Shown in pieces: positions 1 through 9,738 of a stretch of 64,000 nt of DNA. The position numbers were made by a program, and so were the translations under genes. How positions within the stretch are numbered: the first letter of the stretch is position 1; every line of letters begins with the position of its first letter. The notes below the pieces were generated by a model. That model was not told where the DNA came from and ran no database searches. It saw only the letters and a program-made list of their open reading frames with translations. Source of the DNA: Fibrobacteria bacterium. GTDB lineage: Bacteria > Fibrobacterota > Fibrobacteria > UBA11236 > JADFYW01. The stretch covers positions 160,001 to 224,000 of the forward strand of contig JBNKOC010000028.1 of NCBI GenBank assembly GCA_050294405.1, written 5' to 3'.

Positions 1-2
1 AT

Positions 3-191
3 TTAGAGGCCTTTGGTAACGTTTATAAAGACGCCATTGAAGATATCCGTAGAGTTGATAGGGGAGAAAAACCAAAAGGTGGCTATCCCAATGTCTATGA
101 CGGCCTCAGGGGAATTAACTTTTTGGTAAAATGTGTGGAGAGCTCCAAATCCCATAGCTGGGTGGAGCTGGAAAGCGGAGTACCTGCTTAA
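3..191 (+). CDS. 3' end of a Gfo/Idh/MocA-family sugar oxidoreductase (partial, starts before the window)
   Basis: Frame 3 is open to TAA at 189-191: LEAFGNVYKD...YPNVYDGLRGINFLVKCVESSK..WV, resembling the C-terminus of the (GY)LEAFANIY subfamily; followed by a terminator. Not in the ORF track. Confidence 0.7.
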   Translation, partial: LEAFGNVYKDAIEDIRRVDRGEKPKGGYPNVYDGLRGINFLVKCVESSKSHSWVELESGVPA

Positions 192-225
192 CTACCATAT
201 ATTTTAAGTTGTTATAATTAATAGG

Positions 226-249
226 GGCCGGTCTTTGACCGGCCTTTTT
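226..249 (+). terminator. Rho-independent terminator
   Basis: GGCCGGTC-ttt-GACCGGCC stem followed by TTTTT. Confidence 0.85.
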
Positions 250-336
250 ATTATATAGTAGCCCTCCGTATCCCAATCTTAAAGGGCTGTAGAAGAGCTA
301 GCGCCTAAAAAAAGATTTGTTTTGAGCATTATTTTC

Positions 337-364
337 TTGCATGCAAACATGAATAATCTATAAT
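337..364 (+). promoter_or_regulatory. Putative sigma70 promoter of hup
   Basis: TTGCAT-N16-TATAAT about 55 nt upstream of the hup ATG. Confidence 0.5.
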
Positions 365-418
365 AAGGGCCATAGGTGCCGTAAGGGGCCTTTAGATCAC
401 ACTAAATAAGAGGTAAAA

Positions 419-715
419 ATGAATAAACAAGAATTGATCGACGAAATCGCAGCCGATAAAGCTTCATCTATTGAATCCAAAGCTGCTGCTGAAAGAGCTC
501 TGAATGCCGTATTAAATGGTATTTCAGCTGGTCTTAAAAAAGACGGTCAAGTTCAATTGATTGGTTTTGGAACTTTTAATGTTAAGTCAAGACCCGCTCG
601 TAAAGGACGCAATCCTTCCACTGGCGAAGCTATCAAGATTAAAGCTTCTAAAACTGTTTCTTTCAAATGCGGCGCCGCATTAAAAGAAGTGGCTAAAAAG
701 TCAAAATCTAAATAA
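419..715 (+). CDS. hup: DNA-binding protein HU
   Basis: MNKQELI..., VQLIGFGTF, RKGRNPSTGE signature; RBS GAGGT. Confidence 0.97.
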   Translation: MNKQELIDEIAADKASSIESKAAAERALNAVLNGISAGLKKDGQVQLIGFGTFNVKSRPARKGRNPSTGEAIKIKASKTVSFKCGAALKEVAKKSKSK

Positions 716-736
716 TCTATTTTTATGTTACGAAAG

Positions 737-763
737 AGCCCCGTGTTTCACGGGGCTTTTTTT
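737..763 (+). terminator. Rho-independent terminator after hup
   Basis: AGCCCCGTG-ttt-CACGGGGCT plus T run; lies between convergent genes. Confidence 0.9.
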
Positions 764-784
764 GTGCCTCATTTCCGCATAACA

Positions 785-1477
785 TTATAATGGCGGATTC
801 CAGCCCATCTTCTGATACCACAGCCTGGCGCGCAAGGCCTTTAATTCCTGGCTTCCCGCAGACCAGATAAAAAAACCAATAAGTGCTAACATAAGATTGT
901 ATTTGATGCCCAGTATTACAAATCCCGCAGCCAGGACCTTGCCTAAAAAAGCAGCTTTTTCGGTAGCGCTTAAAACCCCAAATTTATAGCTAAGGGCGCT
1001 TCTGAAAATTCGCCCGCCATCCATGGGGAAGGCAGGTAACATATTAAACAGAAAAAGGCCTATGTTAAAATACATGAGGTTTTCAAATACATATGCTATT
1101 TGCTGAGGGGTAATATATTGCAGGAAAAATAACATAATGGCTAACACAACATTTACCATTGGGCCCGCAAAAGAAATGGCAATTTCTTGAAACGGAGTTT
1201 TGGCTTGGCCTTCTAATTTGGCGATACCCCCTATAGGAAGCAGGGTTATATCCCGTGTGGAAATACCATAATGACGGGCCATAAGGGCATGGCCTAGTTC
1301 GTGTAACACCACAAAACTAAAAATAGCCAGCAGTTGGGTTAATTGAATGGCGATTTCAAATAGTGGATCCTTGTCTAAAAGGCCCATTCCCAAAAACCAC
1401 AACAACAGCAACAAAAAAGTAAAATGAACCTTTATTTGAATGTTTGCCAGCCGGCCGATGTTAAAACTTAGTGGCAT
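785..1477 (-). CDS. Site-2 protease, M50 family intramembrane Zn metalloprotease
   Basis: HELGH, GPxVN and NMLPAFPMDGG motifs, multiple TM segments. Confidence 0.93.
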   Translation of the reverse strand: MPLSFNIGRLANIQIKVHFTFLLLLLWFLGMGLLDKDPLFEIAIQLTQLLAIFSFVVLHELGHALMARHYGISTRDITLLPIGGIAKLEGQAKTPFQEIAISFAGPMVNVVLAIMLFFLQYITPQQIAYVFENLMYFNIGLFLFNMLPAFPMDGGRIFRSALSYKFGVLSATEKAAFLGKVLAAGFVILGIKYNLMLALIGFFIWSAGSQELKALRARLWYQKMGWNPPL

Positions 1478-1501
1478 AGATACTCCTTTATGTTATAAAA
1501 A

Positions 1502-1517
1502 TGCAAGTACTGTGCCA
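1502..1517 (-). promoter_or_regulatory. Sigma54 -24/-12 promoter of the M50 protease gene
   Basis: Minus strand reads TGGCAC-AGTAC-TTGCA, an exact TGGCAC-N5-TTGC consensus 25 nt upstream of the ATG. Confidence 0.8.
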
Positions 1518-1638
1518 AGGCAAAGAAAAGGAATTTAGGGCGTTTTCATCCAAAAAACCGGGGGCAACACAACCTATGTCCGATTTTGCCACATTCTCAG
1601 CTTTAATTTGGAGCGCATTAAATGAAAAATTCTCCATA

Positions 1639-1656
1639 ATTGCTTAAAAAATCCAA
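1639..1656 (+). promoter_or_regulatory. Putative AraC-family operator upstream of fdhD
   Basis: ATTGCTTAAAAAATCCAA, 17/18 identical to 7833-7850 and in the same orientation relative to the downstream operon. Confidence 0.55.
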
Positions 1657-1698
1657 TTATGATTTGCTCTAAAAGTTCATATTTTATGCATAGTTACT

Positions 1699-2499
1699 AT
1701 GACACATAAAGATTTTTCCGCAACCCATTTGGAAGGCAGCCAGAGCCAGAAAGTCTGGGATTCCCTGGCTGTGGAATCTCCCCTGCAAATCCAAATTAAT
1801 GAAGAGCCCTTAAATGTTACCATGCGCACTCCCGGTGAGGATAAACATCTGGCATTTGGCTATTTGTATACGGAAGGGGTAATTGAAAATTTGAACGACG
1901 TGGGAGAATGGGAGTTTCAGCCGGAGCCCAACATTGAGGGGGCGGGAATATTAAATCTGCAAATTCCCGTGGAAAAAATTAATGCCTTTAACATTTCTCA
2001 GCGTAGCAATATTTCCAATTCTTCCTGCGGAGTGTGCGGTAAAACCAAATTATGTGAATTACATTTTCCCAAAGAAGCTTTGCGCTCTGATTTTTTCCTG
2101 CAACGGAAAAGCTTTGCGGAATTACGGCGCAAAATGGAACTGGCACAACTCCAGTTTCAAAAAACCGGGGGGTGCCATGGGGCGGCCCTTTTTAATTCTT
2201 CGGGAGATTTAATATGTCTTATGGAAGATATAGGCCGTCACAATGCGGTAGATAAGGCCATTGGATTTGCCCTTTGCCACCATCAATTGGAAGCAGCACA
2301 AATTATGTTTGTGACCGGAAGAGTTTCCTACGAAATTATTATTAAAGCCTATCGGGCACAAATTCCTTATTTGCTGGCCATTTCAGCACCGTCTTCCCTG
2401 GCTGTTTCCCTCTGTGAGCAAGCGGGAATTTGTTTAATAGGGTTTTGCCGGGGCAATAGGGGAACAGTATACACACTGCCCCAGAACATTCATCCCTAA
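1699..2499 (+). CDS. fdhD: Formate dehydrogenase accessory sulfurtransferase FdhD
   Basis: MRTPG, SSCGVCG, TGGCHGAA, EDIGRHNAVDK motifs. Confidence 0.95.
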   Translation: MTHKDFSATHLEGSQSQKVWDSLAVESPLQIQINEEPLNVTMRTPGEDKHLAFGYLYTEGVIENLNDVGEWEFQPEPNIEGAGILNLQIPVEKINAFNISQRSNISNSSCGVCGKTKLCELHFPKEALRSDFFLQRKSFAELRRKMELAQLQFQKTGGCHGAALFNSSGDLICLMEDIGRHNAVDKAIGFALCHHQLEAAQIMFVTGRVSYEIIIKAYRAQIPYLLAISAPSSLAVSLCEQAGICLIGFCRGNRGTVYTLPQNIHP

Positions 2500-2512
2500 T
2501 TGGATTTTTATT

Positions 2513-4186
2513 ATGTCTAAGAATTTATCCACTATGGCAGGTCGATTTGGCCTGGAAAAAAATTTATTTGAAGATTATGTGGTTTCCGCAGATAAGGGAG
2601 AACTGGACAAAGAAAAACTGTTTCAGCTTTCCGACCAGTACCTGGTGGGAGAAGCGGCCAGTTACGGCACGGCATCGGCTTATGATTTTTTAAAAGAAGA
2701 TTTACAAAAATACAAAGCTTATGTATGCAATGGAACCGCCTGCAAATTGGCGGGAAAACAAAGCGCTGTGAAACAAAGCTTGTCTTCCAACTTTGCGGAA
2801 AATGAAATTGGAGAAATGTGCTGCTTAGGCAGATGTTATGAGACTTCGGCCTTCCAGGTCAATGGAAAAAATTTTTCCGGAGAGGATATATCCCATCCAG
2901 AAAATTGGAAAACTGAAAATGGGACATTAAAAAACTCTTACGTTATTGAAAATGAGGTATCTCCATTAGGCCCTAAAATTTTAACAGGGGAGCCATTGGG
3001 CATTGTTGATGTACAAGGGCGTCTGGAAAAATTGCTGGCTATGACCGCCGAGGAAGCGCTGGATCAGATTAAAAAATCCGGACTAAGAGGTCGAGGAGGG
3101 GCTGGCTTTCCCGCCGGCTTAAAATGGGAAAGTTGTAAAACACAAACATCATCCACAAAATATATAGTTTGCAATGCGGATGAGGGCGATCCCGGAGCAT
3201 TTTCAGATAGATATTTAATGGAAGAACAGCCTTTATTGCTTTTATTGGGGATGATGATTTCCGGGTATATTGCAGGAGCTAGCTGGGGAGTGCTTTATGT
3301 GCGCGCCGAATATCCGGAGTCTGTTACAGTTTTAAGGGAAAAAATTGAAGAGCTAAAACGAGCTGGCTTATTGGGCAAAAATATTTTGGGCAAAAATTTC
3401 GAATTTAATTTCAAGCTGGTAAAAGGGGCAGGTGCCTACATATGTGGTGAAGAAACCGCTTTGTTATCCTCACTGGAAGGTTTAAGGCCCGAAGTTCGGG
3501 TGCGCCCTCCTTTCCCCACCGTATCGGGTCTATTTGGCAAGCCCACTATTATTAATAATGTGGAAACATTTGCCTGCGCCCCATTCATAATTGAAAACGG
3601 CGGAGAAGCCTATGCCAATGTGGGAACTGCTAAATCTACAGGCACAAAACTCTTATGCCTGGACAGCCATTTTGTAAACTCAGGTTTGGTGGAAGTTCCC
3701 ATGGGTACCTCACTTTCCCAGGCCATACATAGTATTGGGGGCGGTTTTAAAACTGACATAAAAGCATTACAAATAGGAGGGCCTCTGGGAGGGGTGCTTC
3801 CCATAAACGCCATTGAAGATTTAACAGTGGATTTTGAATCATTTCAAAAAGCGGGATTTTTACTTGGCCATGGCAGTATAGTTTCCATACCCGGAAATGA
3901 ATCCATGATGGAGTACATTAAGCATTTGCTTGAATTTACGGCTCACGAATCCTGTGGGAAATGTTTCCCCTGTCGTCTGGGTTCCCAACGTGGCGCCGAG
4001 ATGGTATCTAAATCTCTGGAAGGAAATGGTTATAAAATAGACAGCAATCTTATGTCTGATTTGCTGGAAACCTTAAAAGAAACATCTTTGTGTGGATTGG
4101 GTGGCGGTGTTCCACTTCCCATTCAAAATATTTTGGAACATTTTTCAGGAGAACTGGAACCCTATTTTAAAAAGGGGGATGTATAA
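2513..4186 (+). CDS. NAD-dependent formate dehydrogenase diaphorase subunit (NuoF/FdsB-like) with N-terminal NuoE-like 2Fe-2S domain
   Basis: SGLRGRGGAGFP, NADEGDPG, GAGAYICGEETAL, ESCGKCFPCR; N-terminal CNGTAC...CLGRC. Confidence 0.9.
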   Translation: MSKNLSTMAGRFGLEKNLFEDYVVSADKGELDKEKLFQLSDQYLVGEAASYGTASAYDFLKEDLQKYKAYVCNGTACKLAGKQSAVKQSLSSNFAENEIGEMCCLGRCYETSAFQVNGKNFSGEDISHPENWKTENGTLKNSYVIENEVSPLGPKILTGEPLGIVDVQGRLEKLLAMTAEEALDQIKKSGLRGRGGAGFPAGLKWESCKTQTSSTKYIVCNADEGDPGAFSDRYLMEEQPLLLLLGMMISGYIAGASWGVLYVRAEYPESVTVLREKIEELKRAGLLGKNILGKNFEFNFKLVKGAGAYICGEETALLSSLEGLRPEVRVRPPFPTVSGLFGKPTIINNVETFACAPFIIENGGEAYANVGTAKSTGTKLLCLDSHFVNSGLVEVPMGTSLSQAIHSIGGGFKTDIKALQIGGPLGGVLPINAIEDLTVDFESFQKAGFLLGHGSIVSIPGNESMMEYIKHLLEFTAHESCGKCFPCRLGSQRGAEMVSKSLEGNGYKIDSNLMSDLLETLKETSLCGLGGGVPLPIQNILEHFSGELEPYFKKGDV

Positions 4187-6936
4187 TGGAAAAATACGCA
4201 TATATAAATGGCGAAGCCTTTGCCATAGAAGAAAATGAAACTATTCTCAGCTTTTTAAGAAGGGCCAGAGGCGAAAAATATATTCCCACTCTTTGCGATT
4301 CCAAAGGCCTGGAACCGCATGGTTCCTGCAGGGTTTGCTCTGTGGAAGCGGCCTTTAAGGAAGGAGGCCCATTTAAAACTGTAGCCTCTTGCCATACCCC
4401 AATCGCAGAAAATATGTATTTAAAACCGCAAAGCCAAAAAATAAAACGGCTTCGCAAAAATATTGTGGAACTGGTTTTAAGTGACCATCCTTTGGATTGC
4501 CTTACCTGTGAAGTGAATGGAAACTGTGAGTTGCAGAGTGTGGCTGCTGAGGTTGGTATAAGGGAAATGCGGTACCCAACTGATGGAAAAACCCATCAGA
4601 ATATTGAAAAAGACCTAAGCCATCCTTTTATGACCTCGGATTTATCCAAATGTATCAATTGCTACCGTTGCGTGAGAGCTTGTGATGAAATCCAGGGAGA
4701 ACATGTTTTAGGAGTAGCAGGACGTGGTTTTGACAGTCGCATTATAAAAGGCATGGATGTATCTTTCAACGACAGCACATGCGTGTCCTGCGGAGCCTGT
4801 TCCCAGGCTTGTCCCACCTCGGCTATTTCCGATGTATTTCAGTCTAAATCTGTAGTCTCCGAAACTAAAACCAGAACTATTTGCACTTATTGCGGTGTGG
4901 GGTGCAACCTGGATGTGGCCGTTGTGGACAACCAGGTGAAATCCATCCAGGCTCCCTGGGATGCGGAAGTAAATGCAGGACACACTTGCGTTAAAGGCCG
5001 TTATGCCTTTAAATTTGCCTCCCACCCAGATAGATTAACATCACCCCTTATTCGCAAAAATGGAGTGTTGGAAAAAGCCAGTTGGGACGAGGCCTTTGAT
5101 TATTTAGCCGAAAAACTAAACCAAATAAAAAAGGACTATGGACCAGAAGCTATTGGGGGAATTTCATCGGCCCGCTGCACCAATGAAGAAAATTATTTGA
5201 TGCAAAAACTAATTAGAAACGTTATTGGGACAAATAACATTGACTGCTGTGCCCGGGTTTGCCATGCGCCCACGGCCTACGGAATGCAACAAAGTTTTGG
5301 CACGGGTGCCGCCACCAATTCCTATAAGGACTTAAAAAAAACAGATTTGATTTTAATTGTAGGAGCCAATCCAACTTCCGGCCATCCTGTTATGGGCTCA
5401 AAAATTAAGCAGGAAATTTTAAAGGGAAAGCCTTTAATTGTAATAGACCCTCGCAAAACTCCCCTGGCAAAATACGCAAAATACCATTTGGCGCTTCGTC
5501 CCGGAACAAATGTGGCCATGTTAAATATGTGGTTCTATTACATCCTGGAAGCTGGCATGGAAGATAAAAGCTTTATCCAAAATCGCACGGAAGGTTGGAA
5601 TGAATTCGTAAGCGAAGTTAAAAATCTAAACATTGCCCAATTAGAACAAATTACCGGCGTGGATAGGGAGCTGGTTAAAGCAGCTGCGCTGGAATACGCC
5701 AGTGCTGAAAAAGCCATGTCTTTTCATGGACTTGGAGTGACTGAACATTCCCAGGGCTCCAAAACAGTGATGTTATTATCTAATTTGGCCATGTTAACAG
5801 GAAATCTCGGCAGGGAAGGTGTGGGCATAAATCCCTTGCGCGGACAAAACAACGTTCAGGGAGCGGCTGATATGGGCGTCCAACCCCATCAGGGCCCTGG
5901 CTATTTGTCTATGGATTCTTCAGAATCTCAGGAGTACTATTTTAATTATTACAAAGAGCGTATGCCTGAGGTTCCAGGGTTAAAAATACCCCAGATGTTT
6001 GATTCGGCCCTTAACAAAGAACTCAAAGCCCTGTGGATTATGGGCGAAGACGTGGCCCAAACAGATCCCAACACCAAAAAAGTAAAAGCTTCCCTTTCCA
6101 ACCTGGAGCTTTTAGTGGTGCAGGAATTGTTTTTAACGGAAACTGCGAAACTGGCCCATGTTGTTCTTCCGGGCAGCAGCTTTTTGGAAAAAGAGGGCAC
6201 CTTTACCAACGCGGAAAGGCGGGTGCAAAAAGTAAATCGCGCTATTCCTCCTCTTGCAGGTAGCAAGCCAGACGGCCAAATCATCGTGGAGATGATGAAC
6301 AAACTGGGCTATTCCCAAAAACCCTATTCGGCCAAAGAAGTTCTGGAGGAAATTTCCCAGGTGGTTCCTTTTTTCAAAGGTATTAGCTGGGATAATCTGG
6401 GTATAAATGGCAAGCAATGGCCTGTTGCCGAAGACGGGACGGATACTCAAATTCTTCATCAAAAAGAATTTAAGCGAGGCCTGGGCAAATTTCATTTTTT
6501 TAACTGGGTGGAATCCAATGAAATTGAAAGCCACGGGAAAAAGTATCCATACATATTGACCACAGGCCGTGAGTTGTTCCATTACAATTGCGGCACTATG
6601 ACCAGGCGCACTTATTTAAACCAGATAATGAGTGAGGATTTGCTTTTGGTGAATCCCAAAGATGCCAAAGTCAAGGGTATTCACATGGGCCAAATGGTTA
6701 AAGTGGTATCCGCTCGGGGTGAGGTGAAGTTAAAAGCGAAAATTACAGAGGATGTTAACCCTGGTGTGGTGTATACCACCTTCCACTTTCCCGAAGAAAT
6801 GGTAAATCAAGTGACCAGTGATGAACACGATGCAGAAGCCCTTTGTCCTGAGTACAAGATAGCCGCTGTTGACCTGGTTGCGATAGGCAGTACTATTAAG
6901 AATATTGAATCTGAAGTGGTGATGGTGGCGAAGTAG
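4186..6936 (+). CDS. fdhF: Formate dehydrogenase alpha subunit (Mo/W-bisPGD, Cys ligand, N-terminal Fe-S domains)
   Basis: IPTLC/GSCRVC, HPLDCLTC, two 4Fe-4S motifs, CTYCGVGC, CARVCHAP, PLRGQNNVQG; no signal peptide. Confidence 0.93.
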   Translation: MEKYAYINGEAFAIEENETILSFLRRARGEKYIPTLCDSKGLEPHGSCRVCSVEAAFKEGGPFKTVASCHTPIAENMYLKPQSQKIKRLRKNIVELVLSDHPLDCLTCEVNGNCELQSVAAEVGIREMRYPTDGKTHQNIEKDLSHPFMTSDLSKCINCYRCVRACDEIQGEHVLGVAGRGFDSRIIKGMDVSFNDSTCVSCGACSQACPTSAISDVFQSKSVVSETKTRTICTYCGVGCNLDVAVVDNQVKSIQAPWDAEVNAGHTCVKGRYAFKFASHPDRLTSPLIRKNGVLEKASWDEAFDYLAEKLNQIKKDYGPEAIGGISSARCTNEENYLMQKLIRNVIGTNNIDCCARVCHAPTAYGMQQSFGTGAATNSYKDLKKTDLILIVGANPTSGHPVMGSKIKQEILKGKPLIVIDPRKTPLAKYAKYHLALRPGTNVAMLNMWFYYILEAGMEDKSFIQNRTEGWNEFVSEVKNLNIAQLEQITGVDRELVKAAALEYASAEKAMSFHGLGVTEHSQGSKTVMLLSNLAMLTGNLGREGVGINPLRGQNNVQGAADMGVQPHQGPGYLSMDSSESQEYYFNYYKERMPEVPGLKIPQMFDSALNKELKALWIMGEDVAQTDPNTKKVKASLSNLELLVVQELFLTETAKLAHVVLPGSSFLEKEGTFTNAERRVQKVNRAIPPLAGSKPDGQIIVEMMNKLGYSQKPYSAKEVLEEISQVVPFFKGISWDNLGINGKQWPVAEDGTDTQILHQKEFKRGLGKFHFFNWVESNEIESHGKKYPYILTTGRELFHYNCGTMTRRTYLNQIMSEDLLLVNPKDAKVKGIHMGQMVKVVSARGEVKLKAKITEDVNPGVVYTTFHFPEEMVNQVTSDEHDAEALCPEYKIAAVDLVAIGSTIKNIESEVVMVAK

Positions 6937-6939
6937 GGC

Positions 6940-7710
6940 TTAAGTTTTAGCTTCGCGCCCTTGGTGGGCTACCCGGCGGCGGTATTCGCGGGGAGACACG
7001 CCCATGTTTGCCCTGAATTGGCGGCTGAAATCGCTTTGATCGTAAAAACCCGTAGCCAATGCGATGTTGCTAATATGATCGCGGCTTTGGGCCAGAAGCC
7101 TGCAAGCGGCTTTAATGCGTACTTTGATAATGAATTTTAAGGGAGAAATTTGGAACATTTTTTTAAACTTGCGTTCAAATTGGCTCACGCTTAAAGCTGC
7201 CATTTTAGCTAAAGTGCTGACTTCAATAGGCCGGGAATAATTTTTAGAAATGTAATCAACAACATGGTTCATATCCATGTATGGCTGCAGTATTCCAGAG
7301 GCTTTTTTCAAATTGCGCGTGGTTCCTGCCACGCCAATTATTTTTTTGTCTTTGGAGTAAATGGGGACTTTAGTGGTGGAGTACCAATCCACCGTTCCGT
7401 CCGCATTGGGCACCAATTCCACCCGGTCTACAATTTTGTTGCCGGTGGTTAATACATATAGATCGTCTTTATCGAAATTTTCAGCAAGCTCACTGGGAAA
7501 AATATCAAAATCAGTTTTTCCGAGGATATCAGCCTCGCAACTGCCGCCGCACTTTTCCGCATCCTGCTGATTGAGGTGTACATATTGGCGCTTTTCGTTT
7601 TTTGCCCAAAAATAAATTTCCGGAAGATATTCAAATAGCTCGGCCACCTGATTGTCTGCAGAGACCTGGCTCCAAAACTCGTCTTTGAACTTTTGCGGAT
7701 TTTCCTGCAT
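6940..7710 (-). CDS. AraC-family transcriptional regulator with N-terminal PAS domain
   Basis: PAS_4-like N-terminus (ILGKTDFDIFP...DDLYVL), C-terminal double HTH (GFYDQSDFSRQF..GVSPREYR). Confidence 0.92.
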   Translation of the reverse strand: MQENPQKFKDEFWSQVSADNQVAELFEYLPEIYFWAKNEKRQYVHLNQQDAEKCGGSCEADILGKTDFDIFPSELAENFDKDDLYVLTTGNKIVDRVELVPNADGTVDWYSTTKVPIYSKDKKIIGVAGTTRNLKKASGILQPYMDMNHVVDYISKNYSRPIEVSTLAKMAALSVSQFERKFKKMFQISPLKFIIKVRIKAACRLLAQSRDHISNIALATGFYDQSDFSRQFRANMGVSPREYRRRVAHQGREAKT

Positions 7711-7832
7711 AATTTAAGATGTACAAAAATTGGCTGAAATAGTCAGCCATGTAATAATTTAACCAAAAAAGCCGACTTTGCTGGAAATTTTTATATAAAA
7801 TCTGACAATTAGCAGAATAGGCCAAAAAGGCC

Positions 7833-7850
7833 ATTGCTTAAAAAATACAA
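7833..7850 (+). promoter_or_regulatory. Putative AraC-family operator upstream of the sugar epimerase operon
   Basis: ATTGCTTAAAAAATACAA, near-identical to 1639-1656, located in the araC/epimerase divergent intergenic region. Confidence 0.55.
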
Positions 7851-7970
7851 CTAGAAACTCATTATTTCCTATCTAGCAAAAAGCCCATTAAATAGATTTT
7901 AAGTATTCTGGGATGGTATCCATCACTTAAATACAAATTGAAATCAAAATAGAATCCGAGGGTAAATTAC

Positions 7971-8828
7971 ATGAAAGTGGGCATCAATATTTTATTGTGG
8001 ACAACCCAGATAACAGAAAAACATCTGCCATTATTAGAAAAGGTAAAACAAGCTGGTTATGACGGGGTAGAATTGCCTCTTTTTGAACCTTCCGTGGATT
8101 ATTGCAAAAAAATGGCTCCTAAAATTAATAATTTGGGTTTGGAAATGACCGCCATTACTTCCATGTCCCCTGAAACCAATCCGGTTAGCCCCGATGCTAA
8201 AATCAGAAAAGCAGCGGTGGAGCACTTAAAAGGAGTCATTGACTCTGCGGCCGAACTAGGTTCCCCAGTTATTGGCGGGCCATTTCACTCATGTTTTAAA
8301 GAATTCACTAAAAAAACGCCTTCTTTAGAAGAAATGAAATGGAGTGCTGGAGTAATGCGCGAAGCCGCTGAGTATGCAGCCACGCACAATATCGTTCTAG
8401 CACCCGAAGGTTTAAACCGTTTTGAATGCTACTTAATCAATACTTCTGCTCAAGCCAGAGAGTTGGCGCGACTGGTGGATCATCCCAACTTCGGATACCA
8501 TTTCGATACGCATCACGCTCATATCGAAGAGAAAAACTCCCAGGATTCCATAGAAAAGTCCGCCAAGGAAATTCGCCATGTGCACATTTCTGAAAATGAC
8601 AGGGGAACTCCTGGAAAAGGCCAGGTCAATTGGGAAGGTATTTTTGCGGGCTTGCACAATATCGGCTATGACGATTGGCTGGTAATTGAGGCCTTTGTCT
8701 CCACCATTGACGATTTTTCTGAGCACATCAATGTATGGAGAGATTTTTCACCACAAGATGAAATATATCAGGAAGGCGTTCGCTTTATACATGAAATGTG
8801 GAAACAAAAAGCCGGGCTTGCCGCATAG
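7971..8828 (+). CDS. Ketose 3-epimerase (D-psicose/D-tagatose/L-ribulose 3-epimerase family, TIM barrel)
   Basis: GYDGVE, E-x-LNRFECY, DTHH, HVHISENDRGTPG, IEAF, VWR motifs. Confidence 0.88.
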   Translation: MKVGINILLWTTQITEKHLPLLEKVKQAGYDGVELPLFEPSVDYCKKMAPKINNLGLEMTAITSMSPETNPVSPDAKIRKAAVEHLKGVIDSAAELGSPVIGGPFHSCFKEFTKKTPSLEEMKWSAGVMREAAEYAATHNIVLAPEGLNRFECYLINTSAQARELARLVDHPNFGYHFDTHHAHIEEKNSQDSIEKSAKEIRHVHISENDRGTPGKGQVNWEGIFAGLHNIGYDDWLVIEAFVSTIDDFSEHINVWRDFSPQDEIYQEGVRFIHEMWKQKAGLAA

Positions 8829-8851
8829 ACGGATAATTAAAGGAGTTAAAT

Positions 8852-9694
8852 ATGCCTAAAGTGAATGCAAATGGAATTCAAATAAATTACCTCGAAAGAG
8901 GTGAAGGAGAGCCTTTGGTATTAATCATGGGCCTCGGTGCAGATGGGCCTGTTTGGGAAGCCCATGTAGCTGAATTTGAAAAACATTTTCGTTGCATTAT
9001 GCCCGACAATCGAGGTGTAGGCCAGAGCGACGCGCCAGCGGGAAGTTATAGTTCCGAAACCATGGCCGATGACATTGCCGCACTTATGGATACTTTGGGA
9101 ATCGAAAAGGCCCATGTAGCCGGAATTTCCATGGGAGGAATTATTGCCCAACAACTGTCTATCCGACATCCCCAAAAAGTACAGAGTCAAATTTTAATTG
9201 CAACCTGGGCTAAATTTGACTCTTACTCCAGTGATGTATACAACAACTTGAAAAAAGCCAGAAAGGCTATGAAGTTTGAAGATTTTATGGAACTTTTATT
9301 CCTGTGGATATTTACTCCGGCTCACTACAATAAAAATCTTGAAGAATTGCGAAATAATATGAAGAATGCGGGGGGTTATGAATTTCTGCAAAGCCAGCAG
9401 GGTTTTGATGGACAGGCCGACGCCTGCATAAACCACGATACCACAAAATTATTAAATAAAATAACCCAGCCCACTTTGGTAACCGCGGGTACCGCAGATA
9501 TTTTTGTACCTTATCGCTTTTCCAAGTTTTTACACGATAATATTGCCAATTCTGAAATGGTTGACTTTGAAGGTTGGGGGCATACCCACCACTGGGAGGA
9601 TTTGGAAAAGTTTAACAGCACCTGTGTTGAATTTTTAAAAAGGCACGGTGGAATAAAAAAATATGAAGGTCAAAACGCCGCCGCGGCAAAATAA
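8852..9694 (+). CDS. Alpha/beta-fold hydrolase (enol-lactonase/RutD-like)
   Basis: DNRGVGQS, nucleophile elbow GISMGG, acid GTAD, C-terminal His GWGH. Confidence 0.88.
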   Translation: MPKVNANGIQINYLERGEGEPLVLIMGLGADGPVWEAHVAEFEKHFRCIMPDNRGVGQSDAPAGSYSSETMADDIAALMDTLGIEKAHVAGISMGGIIAQQLSIRHPQKVQSQILIATWAKFDSYSSDVYNNLKKARKAMKFEDFMELLFLWIFTPAHYNKNLEELRNNMKNAGGYEFLQSQQGFDGQADACINHDTTKLLNKITQPTLVTAGTADIFVPYRFSKFLHDNIANSEMVDFEGWGHTHHWEDLEKFNSTCVEFLKRHGGIKKYEGQNAAAAK

Positions 9695-9738
9695 TTAATG
9701 GGAATAAAAACAGGTTTATCCACAACAAAGGAAAAAAA

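Noticed and set aside
4186..6936. Selenocysteine recoding in FDH
   Set aside because: The active-site residue is a TGC Cys and the ORF is uninterrupted.
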